Assembly (NCBI GenBank): GCA_029261055.1
Contig: JAJDCA010000038.1
Location: 9,619 to 73,618, forward strand
DNA from: Candidatus Omnitrophota bacterium
GTDB taxonomy: Bacteria > Omnitrophota > Gorgyraeia > Zapsychrales > Zapsychraceae
Direction: 5' to 3'
DNA length: 64,000 nt
Made by a program: the position numbers and the translations under genes. Position 1 is the first letter of the stretch; the number at the start of each line of letters is the position of its first letter. The notes beneath the pieces are model-generated. The model was not told the origin of the DNA and did not search any database. It saw only the letters and a program-made list of their open reading frames with translations. Below, in pieces: positions 20,622 to 31,054 of this stretch.

Positions 20622-21936
20622 TATTCTTATGGACGATTTAAGACAAAAATATTTTGACGACCCCGAAAAAGTTCTTCATCTCAATAAAGGAGATTTTCTT
20701 TTAAAAAAAGGTGACACCAATCACCGTATCTTCCTCCTCGAAACAGGAACGGTAACCGGGTTTGACCCTGATGATCAAACAGCCATCTTTCGTGCCGTCA
20801 GTGGTGATTTTGTCGGACTAAACAGTTTCTTTTCAACTTCATCCATAGTTCAAATGAATCTTATGGCCGTGGAGAATAGCACTCTATACTATTTTGAAAA
20901 AGAAATTTATGTAGCAAGCGATAATGAAGGCCTTTACATCACGTACGACTTCATGCCCTATGTCATGAAATTATTAATACGGCGTCAAAAACAGATGCAA
21001 GAAGCTAACCGTGAACGGCAAAATGCTTTAAAGCAAATGAAAGACGTTGAACGTCTCGCCTCCCTCGGTCAGCTTTCAGCAGGCGTCGCGCATGAATTGA
21101 ATAATGCGATCACGGTTATTGTCCGCGGTAGTGAACAGATTGCCCATGAAGTTTTACAACAACTCAGCCAAAACCCACTTGAAAGAAATATGGTCACCTC
21201 AAGCCTTTCCAAAGGACGTGTAATTTCTAGTGCACAGGCGCGTAAGATAGCCAAAGAATTGGCCCGAACATCTGATTGTCCTTATGACATCTTACGCGAC
21301 TATGCCCGAACAGGCCTGGCTAAAGAACTACTTCAGCAAGATACCGCCACGGCCCAACGCGCGCTTGAATTATGGAATTTGGGGGCCACCCTGCATGACG
21401 TGCAGGTGGCTGTCAAACAGTCTGAACATGTGGTGAACTCGATGCGAAGCCTCGCTTCCACAAATGTCGTCCGTCAAAACAATTGCGACATCAATGAAAG
21501 CATACAAAAAGCCATTTTCCTTTTATCCTCCCCGCTCAACAGCGTCAAATTATCATTAGAACTCAATGATATCATTCCTGTGTTTGGCAATTCCGGGGAA
21601 CTTGTCCAGGTATGGACGAATTTAATTAAAAATGCGATTGATGTAATGAACACCATGCCTCAAGAGGAAAGCCATCTTAGTGTCCGAAGTGAAATGACTG
21701 ATGAAAAAGTAAAAATCACCGTCACCGATAGTGGACCCGGCATACCAGATGAAATGATCAACGAAGTATTTAAACCGCATGTGACCACTAAAAAAATAGG
21801 TCAGACATTTGGCTTAGGATTAGGTCTGACCATTGTTCAAAAAATTATTAACCGTTATTCAGGTGAACTTTTGGTAAACAGCTCCCCTCAAGGAACAACG
21901 TTTACCGTCCTGATCCCTATTGGAGAACCTTTATGA
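20614..21936 (+). CDS. cNMP-binding sensor histidine kinase
   Basis: AHELNN H-box, NLIKNA, DSGPG, GLGLGL. Confidence 0.9.
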   Translation: MDNILMDDLRQKYFDDPEKVLHLNKGDFLLKKGDTNHRIFLLETGTVTGFDPDDQTAIFRAVSGDFVGLNSFFSTSSIVQMNLMAVENSTLYYFEKEIYVASDNEGLYITYDFMPYVMKLLIRRQKQMQEANRERQNALKQMKDVERLASLGQLSAGVAHELNNAITVIVRGSEQIAHEVLQQLSQNPLERNMVTSSLSKGRVISSAQARKIAKELARTSDCPYDILRDYARTGLAKELLQQDTATAQRALELWNLGATLHDVQVAVKQSEHVVNSMRSLASTNVVRQNNCDINESIQKAIFLLSSPLNSVKLSLELNDIIPVFGNSGELVQVWTNLIKNAIDVMNTMPQEESHLSVRSEMTDEKVKITVTDSGPGIPDEMINEVFKPHVTTKKIGQTFGLGLGLTIVQKIINRYSGELLVNSSPQGTTFTVLIPIGEPL

Positions 21937-22412
21937 AAAAATCCCATATTATCTTTATTGATGACCAAATAGATGTTTTATCTTCTTTACGCAATGACCT
22001 GAAAATCTTTGGAGAGAAATTTATCCTGGATGATTGTGAGTCTGCCGATGAAGCGATGGAATTATTGGAAGAATTTGAATCTTCGGGAGAGCCTGTGGCT
22101 TTAATTTTATCCGATCACATCATGCCAAACCGTAATGGTATTGATTTCCTGACAGAAATCTCCAAAGACGACCGCTTTGAAAAAATCCGACGTGTCCTTA
22201 TCACCGGCCAGGCCAGCCACGCCGACACCATCAATGCCATCAACAATGCCTCTATTGATTATTACATCAACAAACCCTGGACCGTCGAACTACTCCATAA
22301 AATTGCCAAAACGCTCCTAACCCACTGGATCCTGGACAATGACCTAAACCACCAAGACTTCGCAGGCCTCGTTGATACCGACGTCCTCTTCAAGCGCGCT
22401 CATAGCGCATAA
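21933..22412 (+). CDS. Response regulator
   Basis: FIDD, LILSDHIMP, LITG, KPW. Confidence 0.9.
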   Translation: MKKSHIIFIDDQIDVLSSLRNDLKIFGEKFILDDCESADEAMELLEEFESSGEPVALILSDHIMPNRNGIDFLTEISKDDRFEKIRRVLITGQASHADTINAINNASIDYYINKPWTVELLHKIAKTLLTHWILDNDLNHQDFAGLVDTDVLFKRAHSA

Positions 22413-22522
22413 ATTTTAAAACAAAATTTTCTATTTATTAGAAGCATAAGAACACCTTGCATCATTCAATTAAATAATGTATAGTTTAAGTAGACATATT
22501 AAAAAATTCAAAGGAGGACCTT

Positions 22523-22765
22523 ATGCAAGCATCAATTGTGGACCTGCGCTATAAAATGAATGACATCCTTAAAGCCCTTAATCGTAATGAATCGATAACA
22601 ATCCTTTATCATGGCAAAAAAAAAGGCCTTATCGTGCCCACTACGAAAAAACCTGCTCAACATGTGACAGATCATCCTTTTTTTGGTATGCATAAAACGT
22701 CTGTCAAAGAAAGCGTGCCCCAAACCATAAAAAATCTTCGTAAAGGGCGTTATCATGATCTTTGA
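22523..22765 (+). CDS. Phd/YefM-type antitoxin
   Basis: DLRYKMNDILKAL.RNE.ITILYHGK, HPFFGM; overlaps the PIN gene. Confidence 0.8.
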   Translation: MQASIVDLRYKMNDILKALNRNESITILYHGKKKGLIVPTTKKPAQHVTDHPFFGMHKTSVKESVPQTIKNLRKGRYHDL

Positions 22766-23132
22766 TACAGATATCCTTATTTGGGTTCAACGCGGAAACC
22801 TGAAAGCTGCCAAACTTATTGAAAAATCTTCTAAACGTATTATTTCTATCTTCACCTACATGGAACTTCTACAACATGCCACTTCCAAAAAACAGCATCA
22901 ATACACTAAATCTTTTTTAACGGATTACAATTTTGAAGTTCTGCCTCTTACAGAAAATATTGGTCACCGCGCACTTATCTACCTCGAAGAATATGGATTA
23001 AGCACAGGACTGTCTGCAGCTGATGCCATTATTGCGGCGACGGCCGTTGAAAGTAACCTTGCTTTAGTAAGCGGCAATCAAAAACATTTTAAGGTAATTC
23101 GCGACCTGTCCTTACAAATCTTTAAACCTTAA
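22755..23132 (+). CDS. vapC: VapC PIN-domain toxin
   Basis: MIFDTDILIW, MELL, DAIIAATA, GNQKHF. Confidence 0.9.
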   Translation: MIFDTDILIWVQRGNLKAAKLIEKSSKRIISIFTYMELLQHATSKKQHQYTKSFLTDYNFEVLPLTENIGHRALIYLEEYGLSTGLSAADAIIAATAVESNLALVSGNQKHFKVIRDLSLQIFKP

Positions 23133-26100
23133 ACGATTTCAGATTTTCATTTGGATCACGAGCGAGGATGTCATGTTGTGCATTAAGCCAAGCCTCTTCG
23201 TTTGGCAAATCTGATTCGCCTAACCCAAGCAACTGCACAACCGGCACAAACGTCACCCCGCGCAAAATCGGCACAAACCCTTTCACCCGCATACTCAAAT
23301 CCGCCGGCTGCATATCAAATGGCAACGGCACGCCGCGCCCATCCCGCCTAACCTGTAAATCCAACATCGCCGCATCCAAATTAATCCCACCGAGAGCATC
23401 TATCTGCGCGTCCCCTCCCTGAAAAACATCCACACCTTCAGATAACATGGCAATATCACCTTTTTTAAAACGAAAAAAGCCTTTCTTGAAATAAGAAGAG
23501 TCTTTATATTCTTCAATTTCCATCCCCTCGCTAGAATTAATAAACAATTTAACCCCGTCTACAATATTCCACAAAAAATCCTCCCCTAAATATTCCAGCT
23601 CCTCCCCTAAAACGACATAGTTGGGATAATTAAAAACCCCTTCATATTTTTCACGAACACCTTCGATAAACATAAAAAATTTCAATCCAAGAGCCTTTTG
23701 TCTATTCTCATCAGATCTTTTTTCGGCCTTACTTTTTAACTTCAAAGAAGAAAAGAAGTCCTTTAAAGAAGGTAAAATCCCTATCATTTTCCCTGGATAT
23801 CTATTTTGAAATTTTTTAATAGCCCCCAAAATATCTCCATCCTCTAAATTACGGACAATTCCCTTAAGCATGATTCTATCCCTATCTTTTTCGTCACCTG
23901 TATCCTGTTTTATATTCTCATCCTTAGCAAACCGTACAGCAAATTGTTTTTTCCTCGAAATAATAATCGTCCTTTCTTTACGCCCGTTATATTCTTCAAA
24001 TTTAAGCTTATATTCGTTCCGATTCTTCTGATCTTGAATGATACGAACCTTTATATTTTTTTTGCTCTTGATATCATAAAATACTGTTCCATAGTACAGC
24101 CCTGTTATCCAGTCATCCTTGTGAGTTAAATTTCTAAGAAGAAAATTCTCAGCCTCATTAGTATGCTTCCCATTCATGTCTTTATTACTAACACTCTGAT
24201 ACGCATCAACAATAAATTTTCTATCTTCATTTCCCACCTGTTCATCTGTCACTTCCCCCATCATCGCAAAATCCGCCTCGCCTACTATGACGTCCAGCAT
24301 ACGGATGATGCGGTCGTAGATACTTTCCTCATAAAAATTTAAATCAGAATCTTGATCAGAATCGTAGAAATCATACTTTTTAATAATCGTCGTTAATTCT
24401 CCACCTCTAATATCCTCAATCAATTTCGACATTTGACCAACCTTACGCTGACCATTCGTCCTCATATCACTTACAAAACCTTGCCAGGATTGCCTTTCCT
24501 TTTTCCAGTATTCCTCGTCTTTTTCCAGATCACTATTCCATCCTGACCCTGATGACACCTGATATAAAGGAAAGAACCTCTCAAAATACTCGCTATCCCA
24601 CTGAGCCAGCTGATTGCCGTAATTAGCTAAATTTCTTTCCATTTCATCAACAACCATCTTTTGACCTTTAAATGTCATCTCAATAATAGTCGTCAATTCC
24701 AAGAAAATACGCCTTTCCGACAAATGTGCCGTCTTAAGTGATTCAATTAACCGTGACTTTTTCTTCTTATCAAGTACATTTATAATAATGTTCCTTAAAA
24801 AGTCTTTACCCGAATTATCTAAGCCATAGTGGTAAATATTTTTTTGTTGCAAATGATCTTCTGAAATACTTTTACCAAAAGTACCATCATCCTGAATCCT
24901 ACGGATAAAATTCGCCGTATCCTGAAACAAATCAGGATCGCTTGTTTTTATTTTCTTTAAATACGCATTAACTCTATTTTCCAACTTCTTTTTCAAGTGC
25001 GTAACGGCATTAAATATACTTGCGGTCTTCTCCTGATCACGCCCGTGATCCACATACCCAAAACTTAAATAATACCCAACACCTTCATCAAACAACACAT
25101 CCTTCCCCATCAAACGCTGCACTTCATGAACAATTTCTTCAGGAGTTGTTATTCCTGATAAAATAAAATTAGAATCGATTATCTTCCCAACAGCTTCATC
25201 GATTTCCATAAACATCGCCACATCACCCTCATTTTCTTCACTCTTCCCTAAAACCCCCTGTACTTTTTGCGTTAATTCATCGATGCTAGTAATACTAACA
25301 ACATCTTTAACATTATTATGCAGCTCCATAATCGCCTCTTTTAGATAAGGATGCGCTAAAACAAAAACTGGAATATTGCGACCTATATCATCTGCATTTA
25401 ACCACTCTAAAAAAACATCTGAAGTATAATATGCAGGCACATTTTCATCAAACACACCCTCATCAAACACTTCTCCTGCGATCACTAAATCTATTTTTGT
25501 ATCCTCATCTTTAATCACGTCACGCGCCTGTTGTTGCGTTGTGATAAAAATAAGTTCATATCCTTTATCGGACAAAGCATTTTTAATCATTTCTTGATTT
25601 TTTTCCGATTTCTCCATCACAGCAATCACCGGAAGCCCCGTCTTTTTTTTCTCCTTAACAGTTTTCATATTGCCTGTAGTCTGTGAGTTCCCATTGTTCA
25701 AAGAATTTTTAATCTTGCCAAACTTCACTTCAAAAGGCCATTCTGAATTGATAATAATCTTTGTTATTTCACGAGGCTTCTGCCCTTCACTTTTTTTTAT
25801 TTCTTCAAACGTAATATGATACGTTATATCATTCTTTGAACGAATGACTTTAATATCCGCGTCTTTATGAGTTTTGGTATCCATAAATTTATCGACATCA
25901 TCCCTCTCAATTTTAACCTCACTTAAATTATTAACTAAAAACACATCCGCCTCATTGTGATTTCTTGAATTAATCCTGGCATCAACTACATTCAATATTT
26001 TCTGAATACCCGCCTTTTCCTCCAAAGATAACTCAGCATCACGTGCTTCCCCCATCATCGCATAATCCTGAAGAACCTTAAGAACGATCTTGGCCTCTGG

Positions 26101-29100
26101 CATGTCTAAATTTTTAAGAATGCGCCTTTTTGTATTTTCATCGATAATCATAAACTCATCATGACTTTGACCCGTAATCGCTTCATTAAACTTATTGCGA
26201 ATAAGCACTTCATTTTCTACACGATTACGTCCTAAATCAGCAATATTACCAAGCAAATGTATCCTTTGTTCTTGCTGTTCAAGAACATGCTCGATCATTT
26301 TTCGTGCTCGCTGTTGATATTTCTGAATAATTTTTTCCGGTAATTTAAGGTCATAACTATCTGATCCATCTGGTTGACTAAACAACCATGTTATTTTCTT
26401 ATTTTTCATATCTTTTAAAAAATAAATGGTCTTATTTAATGGAGGCACAATCAAACTACTTAACCACTTGCCTTTATATGGAATAAGACTACTATTTTTA
26501 TCAATATCCACATTAACATATTCTTTCGGCATAGAAATTTCTAAAATTCCGTAATACAAAATAGTTTCATGAATTTCCGACAAAGATACTTTTGAAGTAA
26601 CCATATTATGAATTTTCATAAAACTCAAATTAATCTCCTGTTGCTTGCTTTGATCAAACAGATCAGTTAATTTTTCATAAACTGTATTTGAATCTATATG
26701 CTCATTGATAATACCTAACGCTTGTCGATACACATCACTCATGAGACTTTCTAAAACATCGGGAAAAAATAATTGATTCACTGCATCCATCTCCTGTTCC
26801 ATTTTTTCCATAAATTCAATTAATTCCGGCGTAGACTCTTCATCATATCGTAGTTCCTCAATATCTTCTATTTTTCTGGAAATACTCGCCCCTCTTGTAT
26901 ACCCCGCAATTTTCCATTTTCTAAATACTTCCATCCCAGCTAATTTATTCGAAAGTTTTTCATTTTTCTGTTCTATTCTTTTAAGCTCTTCCGAAACATC
27001 ATCCAAAGTTAAATTTCTCTGCATGTCATTAATCATCGCATCATCCACAATCTGTTCTATAATTTCACTACCCTCAACAATAAGATAATATTTATCAGAA
27101 TTATCTGGTTTGTAGAACTTCTTTCGTGGTGATTCATTATTAACGAGCGTCTTAATTTCGCTCCTCTGTCCCTCAAGCTCTAACGGTAAAAAATGAATAA
27201 ATCCTCCTTTAAGAATAATGACATCATTTTCTTCCTCAGTTAAAAAATCCAAGTCTTCGTAAGCTATCTCCGTCACCCTTGCATCAAGGTTAGGTTCAAT
27301 TTCTTCTTTTATGTCCTGTAATATGTTTGTTCGTGTTAATCGTGAAGGAGGATTTCTCTTTTCTTTGCTTGATAATCCTCGCCTCTCTAGCAGCCTTTGA
27401 TAAGCCAGTGCATTACTACTGAAAAGACCTTTGTTCTTCTCTAGCGCATTTTCAATAATTTTAATCCATTCCTCCACTTCATTATGATCTTTAGCCCAAG
27501 ATTTACCTGGGGGTATTTTTTTTATTGCCTTAAACGCTGCCAAAATCCCCATCTCCGTTAACTCTTCCGAGATCATCTGAACACTTTCCGCTTGAAAATC
27601 CTGATTCTTCTTATCCAAACGATTACGAACATCGCTATCTAAATCAATAATTACAAAAGGGGCTTGGAACTCATCGTACGTATCCCAGACATAACCCACG
27701 CGATTCACATAAGGCTTTAGCCACTCAAACAACTTCTCCTTGTCCCACACCCCCCACTCAACCGATCCACCCTGATCAACGATTAGCACACGCCTATTAT
27801 TAACCAATATTTTATCTAATTCTCCCTTTTCTATAGGCAATATGCCGCGTACGTTGACGGATGCCTCCACTCCTTCACGCTCAATTTCTTCTTTGACATA
27901 AAGAGGGTTTGAAGGAAACAATTCCACAATTGTGTTTAAATCAACATAATTAGCTCCTGTAAACCACGAAAAATTATCTGCCACTCTAATATTATTAAAC
28001 AAATCCTCACGGGATAAGGGCAATGAAGGATCTAAAGAAAATTCAAAAACTTCTTCATTTAATAAATTAACCTTATTTAAACGCACTTCACGCTTAACAT
28101 ACTCATAACTCAAATCATCATCACCGCCTAATCCAAGCTCGTTCACTGACCCACTATCACCCAAAGGTAACTCTCTGATTTCACCCTGCCGTTTTTGTAC
28201 AAAAGAAGATACAGCTTTATTTCCAAAAACCCCGTCAAAAAACTCATCTACACGATGCCATAGAATGTCATCTTCCCTTAACCTTTCACTAAGACTCGTC
28301 TTGGCCAACATCCCTAAAATTCTTATCCCTGCAATTAAATTTGGAACCTTATCGCTATGATGCAAAAGATAATTAATCAACACGGGATTAAGAACCTCAT
28401 GCCCAAGATCATATTTTGCCACCATACGCGCCAATGCCCCTAACGCCGAAAGCAACCTTCTCTCATCTTCCGGCTGTGCTTCGGGCAAAGTAGACACATA
28501 ATATGCACGCAAAAATATATCCCCCAAAAACTCTTTGATCTCTATCGTTAAATCATGATTTTCAATACTTTCCCAAAACCCGGGCACATTCAAAAAGCCT
28601 TCCAGCACTTTCCTGCGTAAAGGATGTGCAGATTGCTCATATTTTTGCCATGACATTCTTCCTACCTTATTAGCCTCAAATTCTATTGAGTCAGTATTTC
28701 CTCGGTTTATTTTTTCTTTCAAATGAGTGTTAATATCCCTAAAAATAGCCTCCACATTCAACATCGCAGAATCCTGTTCCCTCCCTGCTAAATTAAAAAT
28801 ATCCAGGTGTCGTGACGTAGCCGCCTCTTCCCCCAAACTCGCCAAATCAACTGTGGCGCTCATGGCGCTTTCAGAAATAAATATGGTTGCGACGTCGTTG
28901 ATCTGTATATCGGTTGGGTCGAGTGTGGTGAGCATGGCAAGACTGATTTCTATCCCGCCGGAGAAGTATTTGCGGGGGATGATTTGGTCGGTCGCGGCGT
29001 CGTAGTCCTCTTTGATGTAATCGTAAACACCTTTGCGGAATGAATCGAGATATTGGTCGTAGATTTTTTGTGTCATTTGTTTATCTTCGGTGTCGATGCC

Positions 29101-30036
29101 TTTGATTTTGTTTTGATCGACATAGACTTGTCCTAACAGCGATTGTTTGAGGTTTTGTTTGTACCACGCGGCGAGGATCATGGCATGATAAATCTGACGG
29201 AGATTGGCAAAAGTTTTGCCTTCGTTGACTTCGTGTTCGATGGCGGGTAACAAAATATCGCGAATGATAGACGTTGTAATATTTGAATGCGTAGGGGTAT
29301 GATTTATCATGCCCTTGTCTTGGGTTTGATGAATCAAACCCCTACGATCCGCATGTTCCATCGCTAAATAATCTTCCTCCAACATCACCTTCAAATGACT
29401 CTCCAACACATAGGTCGTGGCGGTGGCTTCGTGTTCATAGACGACAGCCTTCTCCGGTACGATCCATACTTTGTGAAAGGTATCCATTGGGATATCTGTC
29501 GTACCGAATTCAGCCTGTGCGCGTTCGTAAACACGCGTCCAAAATTCTTCCCCTAAATCTTCTTCCGGATGCATCAACGATGAGGTCAGCTGTTTCAACA
29601 TATAATCTTGCGCAAGCATGTCGCGCCCCATATCTGTTTCGCCTAACCCTCCGGCGATAATGCGATCCGGTTCATTCGGGCTTAAATTCACCCACATTTC
29701 TTTCTCCGGAACCGTCAAAGCAGCCAAAAAATATTTGACGAGTTTGGTGATTTCCGTATTCAAGGCTTCACCTTGCGGCATCGCCGTATCTCCGGAATCA
29801 ATAATAAAATTGAATTTAAGCGGATTATCGGGATGGATGGTAATACCACGCACCATTGTAGGCATAAATGCATCAGTCGGCCCCACAAAACTTCCGGGTA
29901 TCGGCAGGTTTACTACAGATTGTGCTGGCATCTGCGCATAACCTGGAGGAACTAAAGTGATCATTATAAAGACAATCACCATAAAAAAAGATAGAATTCG
30001 ATAAAAAACCTTCATTTTTTTGTGTTCTTTAAACAT
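23122..30036 (-). CDS. Giant (2304 aa) modular protein: conserved N-terminal domain, five DxAM-delimited modules, conserved C-terminal cap
   Basis: N-terminal ~360 aa clearly homologous to 1074..3116; repeated DxAM motifs; C-terminal GGINLD...GFVPIL. Confidence 0.85.
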   Translation of the reverse strand: MFKEHKKMKVFYRILSFFMVIVFIMITLVPPGYAQMPAQSVVNLPIPGSFVGPTDAFMPTMVRGITIHPDNPLKFNFIIDSGDTAMPQGEALNTEITKLVKYFLAALTVPEKEMWVNLSPNEPDRIIAGGLGETDMGRDMLAQDYMLKQLTSSLMHPEEDLGEEFWTRVYERAQAEFGTTDIPMDTFHKVWIVPEKAVVYEHEATATTYVLESHLKVMLEEDYLAMEHADRRGLIHQTQDKGMINHTPTHSNITTSIIRDILLPAIEHEVNEGKTFANLRQIYHAMILAAWYKQNLKQSLLGQVYVDQNKIKGIDTEDKQMTQKIYDQYLDSFRKGVYDYIKEDYDAATDQIIPRKYFSGGIEISLAMLTTLDPTDIQINDVATIFISESAMSATVDLASLGEEAATSRHLDIFNLAGREQDSAMLNVEAIFRDINTHLKEKINRGNTDSIEFEANKVGRMSWQKYEQSAHPLRRKVLEGFLNVPGFWESIENHDLTIEIKEFLGDIFLRAYYVSTLPEAQPEDERRLLSALGALARMVAKYDLGHEVLNPVLINYLLHHSDKVPNLIAGIRILGMLAKTSLSERLREDDILWHRVDEFFDGVFGNKAVSSFVQKRQGEIRELPLGDSGSVNELGLGGDDDLSYEYVKREVRLNKVNLLNEEVFEFSLDPSLPLSREDLFNNIRVADNFSWFTGANYVDLNTIVELFPSNPLYVKEEIEREGVEASVNVRGILPIEKGELDKILVNNRRVLIVDQGGSVEWGVWDKEKLFEWLKPYVNRVGYVWDTYDEFQAPFVIIDLDSDVRNRLDKKNQDFQAESVQMISEELTEMGILAAFKAIKKIPPGKSWAKDHNEVEEWIKIIENALEKNKGLFSSNALAYQRLLERRGLSSKEKRNPPSRLTRTNILQDIKEEIEPNLDARVTEIAYEDLDFLTEEENDVIILKGGFIHFLPLELEGQRSEIKTLVNNESPRKKFYKPDNSDKYYLIVEGSEIIEQIVDDAMINDMQRNLTLDDVSEELKRIEQKNEKLSNKLAGMEVFRKWKIAGYTRGASISRKIEDIEELRYDEESTPELIEFMEKMEQEMDAVNQLFFPDVLESLMSDVYRQALGIINEHIDSNTVYEKLTDLFDQSKQQEINLSFMKIHNMVTSKVSLSEIHETILYYGILEISMPKEYVNVDIDKNSSLIPYKGKWLSSLIVPPLNKTIYFLKDMKNKKITWLFSQPDGSDSYDLKLPEKIIQKYQQRARKMIEHVLEQQEQRIHLLGNIADLGRNRVENEVLIRNKFNEAITGQSHDEFMIIDENTKRRILKNLDMPEAKIVLKVLQDYAMMGEARDAELSLEEKAGIQKILNVVDARINSRNHNEADVFLVNNLSEVKIERDDVDKFMDTKTHKDADIKVIRSKNDITYHITFEEIKKSEGQKPREITKIIINSEWPFEVKFGKIKNSLNNGNSQTTGNMKTVKEKKKTGLPVIAVMEKSEKNQEMIKNALSDKGYELIFITTQQQARDVIKDEDTKIDLVIAGEVFDEGVFDENVPAYYTSDVFLEWLNADDIGRNIPVFVLAHPYLKEAIMELHNNVKDVVSITSIDELTQKVQGVLGKSEENEGDVAMFMEIDEAVGKIIDSNFILSGITTPEEIVHEVQRLMGKDVLFDEGVGYYLSFGYVDHGRDQEKTASIFNAVTHLKKKLENRVNAYLKKIKTSDPDLFQDTANFIRRIQDDGTFGKSISEDHLQQKNIYHYGLDNSGKDFLRNIIINVLDKKKKSRLIESLKTAHLSERRIFLELTTIIEMTFKGQKMVVDEMERNLANYGNQLAQWDSEYFERFFPLYQVSSGSGWNSDLEKDEEYWKKERQSWQGFVSDMRTNGQRKVGQMSKLIEDIRGGELTTIIKKYDFYDSDQDSDLNFYEESIYDRIIRMLDVIVGEADFAMMGEVTDEQVGNEDRKFIVDAYQSVSNKDMNGKHTNEAENFLLRNLTHKDDWITGLYYGTVFYDIKSKKNIKVRIIQDQKNRNEYKLKFEEYNGRKERTIIISRKKQFAVRFAKDENIKQDTGDEKDRDRIMLKGIVRNLEDGDILGAIKKFQNRYPGKMIGILPSLKDFFSSLKLKSKAEKRSDENRQKALGLKFFMFIEGVREKYEGVFNYPNYVVLGEELEYLGEDFLWNIVDGVKLFINSSEGMEIEEYKDSSYFKKGFFRFKKGDIAMLSEGVDVFQGGDAQIDALGGINLDAAMLDLQVRRDGRGVPLPFDMQPADLSMRVKGFVPILRGVTFVPVVQLLGLGESDLPNEEAWLNAQHDILARDPNENLKSFKV
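29290..29346. repeat. REP-like doublet inserted in frame
   Basis: CGTAGGGGTATGATTTATCATGCCC...GGGTTTGATGAATCAAACCCCTACG. Confidence 0.7.
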
Positions 30037-30258
30037 TTTATATAAATCTCCTATTTGAAACCGTTTTCTTGGGTTAGATACAGTAAAGATACCATATTTT
30101 CAACAAATGACAAACGTACCCAAACAGCCTTTATTTATGTTGTAACTGAAAGCAATCAAATAAGATATAAACATCTATATAATTATGTAAAAAGCACAAA
30201 AACCATAACCTATTTGTTTTCATATGGTTATATCCTTTAAAATAACGGATTTTTTCAT

Positions 30259-30289
30259 CAAAAAAGCCCAGTCTCATAGACTGGGCTTT
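30259..30289. terminator. Intrinsic terminator-like hairpin
   Basis: AAAAAAGCCCAGTCTCATAGACTGGGCTTT. Confidence 0.6.
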
Positions 30290-30437
30290 AAAAGTTGTCG
30301 CTGGTATTGGCTGTATCTAAATAGGCATTGCCTGGCCGAAATAATAGAGATCCCTATTATTTTATATAAATTTTTTGGGGATAGTAATGATTATAACGCC
30401 AGTAGGGATAAAACTTTTTAATATGCGCCATACGCCG

Positions 30438-30890
30438 CTATATCAACGTATTTGAATTATCCATCAAGGCTTTAATTTCTTTAATTTGCCCCATTTTAAA
30501 CTGTATTAACATATCAAACAAATCTTTTGACTGTGTATACACCAGAACATCCCTCAAATGCTTATAGTATTTTTCAATTTCTTCCTCATACATTAAAACC
30601 TTATACATAATTTCTTCTCCAGAAGCCTCATTCGAGATTTCACATTGGCAATAGTTTTCTTTAATTGTATACTCAGGCAAATTCTTTATAAATTCAGAAT
30701 CTTTGTACTCATCCATATTAATACTATCAAATACTTTCAAATGCTTAATCTGCCTCTCCTTTAATGTCACTACAATCCCTTTTGATCGTACATCGTGCAT
30801 TGTTTGTTCCATATTCTCATAACAAACCAATAATCGTTTTTCCCAACCAATAATCGTACGTAATATTTGATCTAATCTTTGAATAGCCAT
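30438..30890 (-). CDS. Ferritin/rubrerythrin-like four-helix protein (degenerate)
   Basis: Two repeated helical units with E..Y spacing (WEKRLLVCYE; YEEEIEKYY). Confidence 0.5.
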   Translation of the reverse strand: MAIQRLDQILRTIIGWEKRLLVCYENMEQTMHDVRSKGIVVTLKERQIKHLKVFDSINMDEYKDSEFIKNLPEYTIKENYCQCEISNEASGEEIMYKVLMYEEEIEKYYKHLRDVLVYTQSKDLFDMLIQFKMGQIKEIKALMDNSNTLI

Positions 30891-31054
30891 GTCACCCTCC
30901 TTTCTTTTATCCTTCTATCTATATTATACGCATATTAATAAATAGTTGAAGTCGACAAAACACGTAAGAATGTACGTAATATTACTCAGAATTTAAACTA
31001 TTATTTATAAATGTTCTGATCTATAATTTAAATATAAAAAAATAAAGGGTACAC

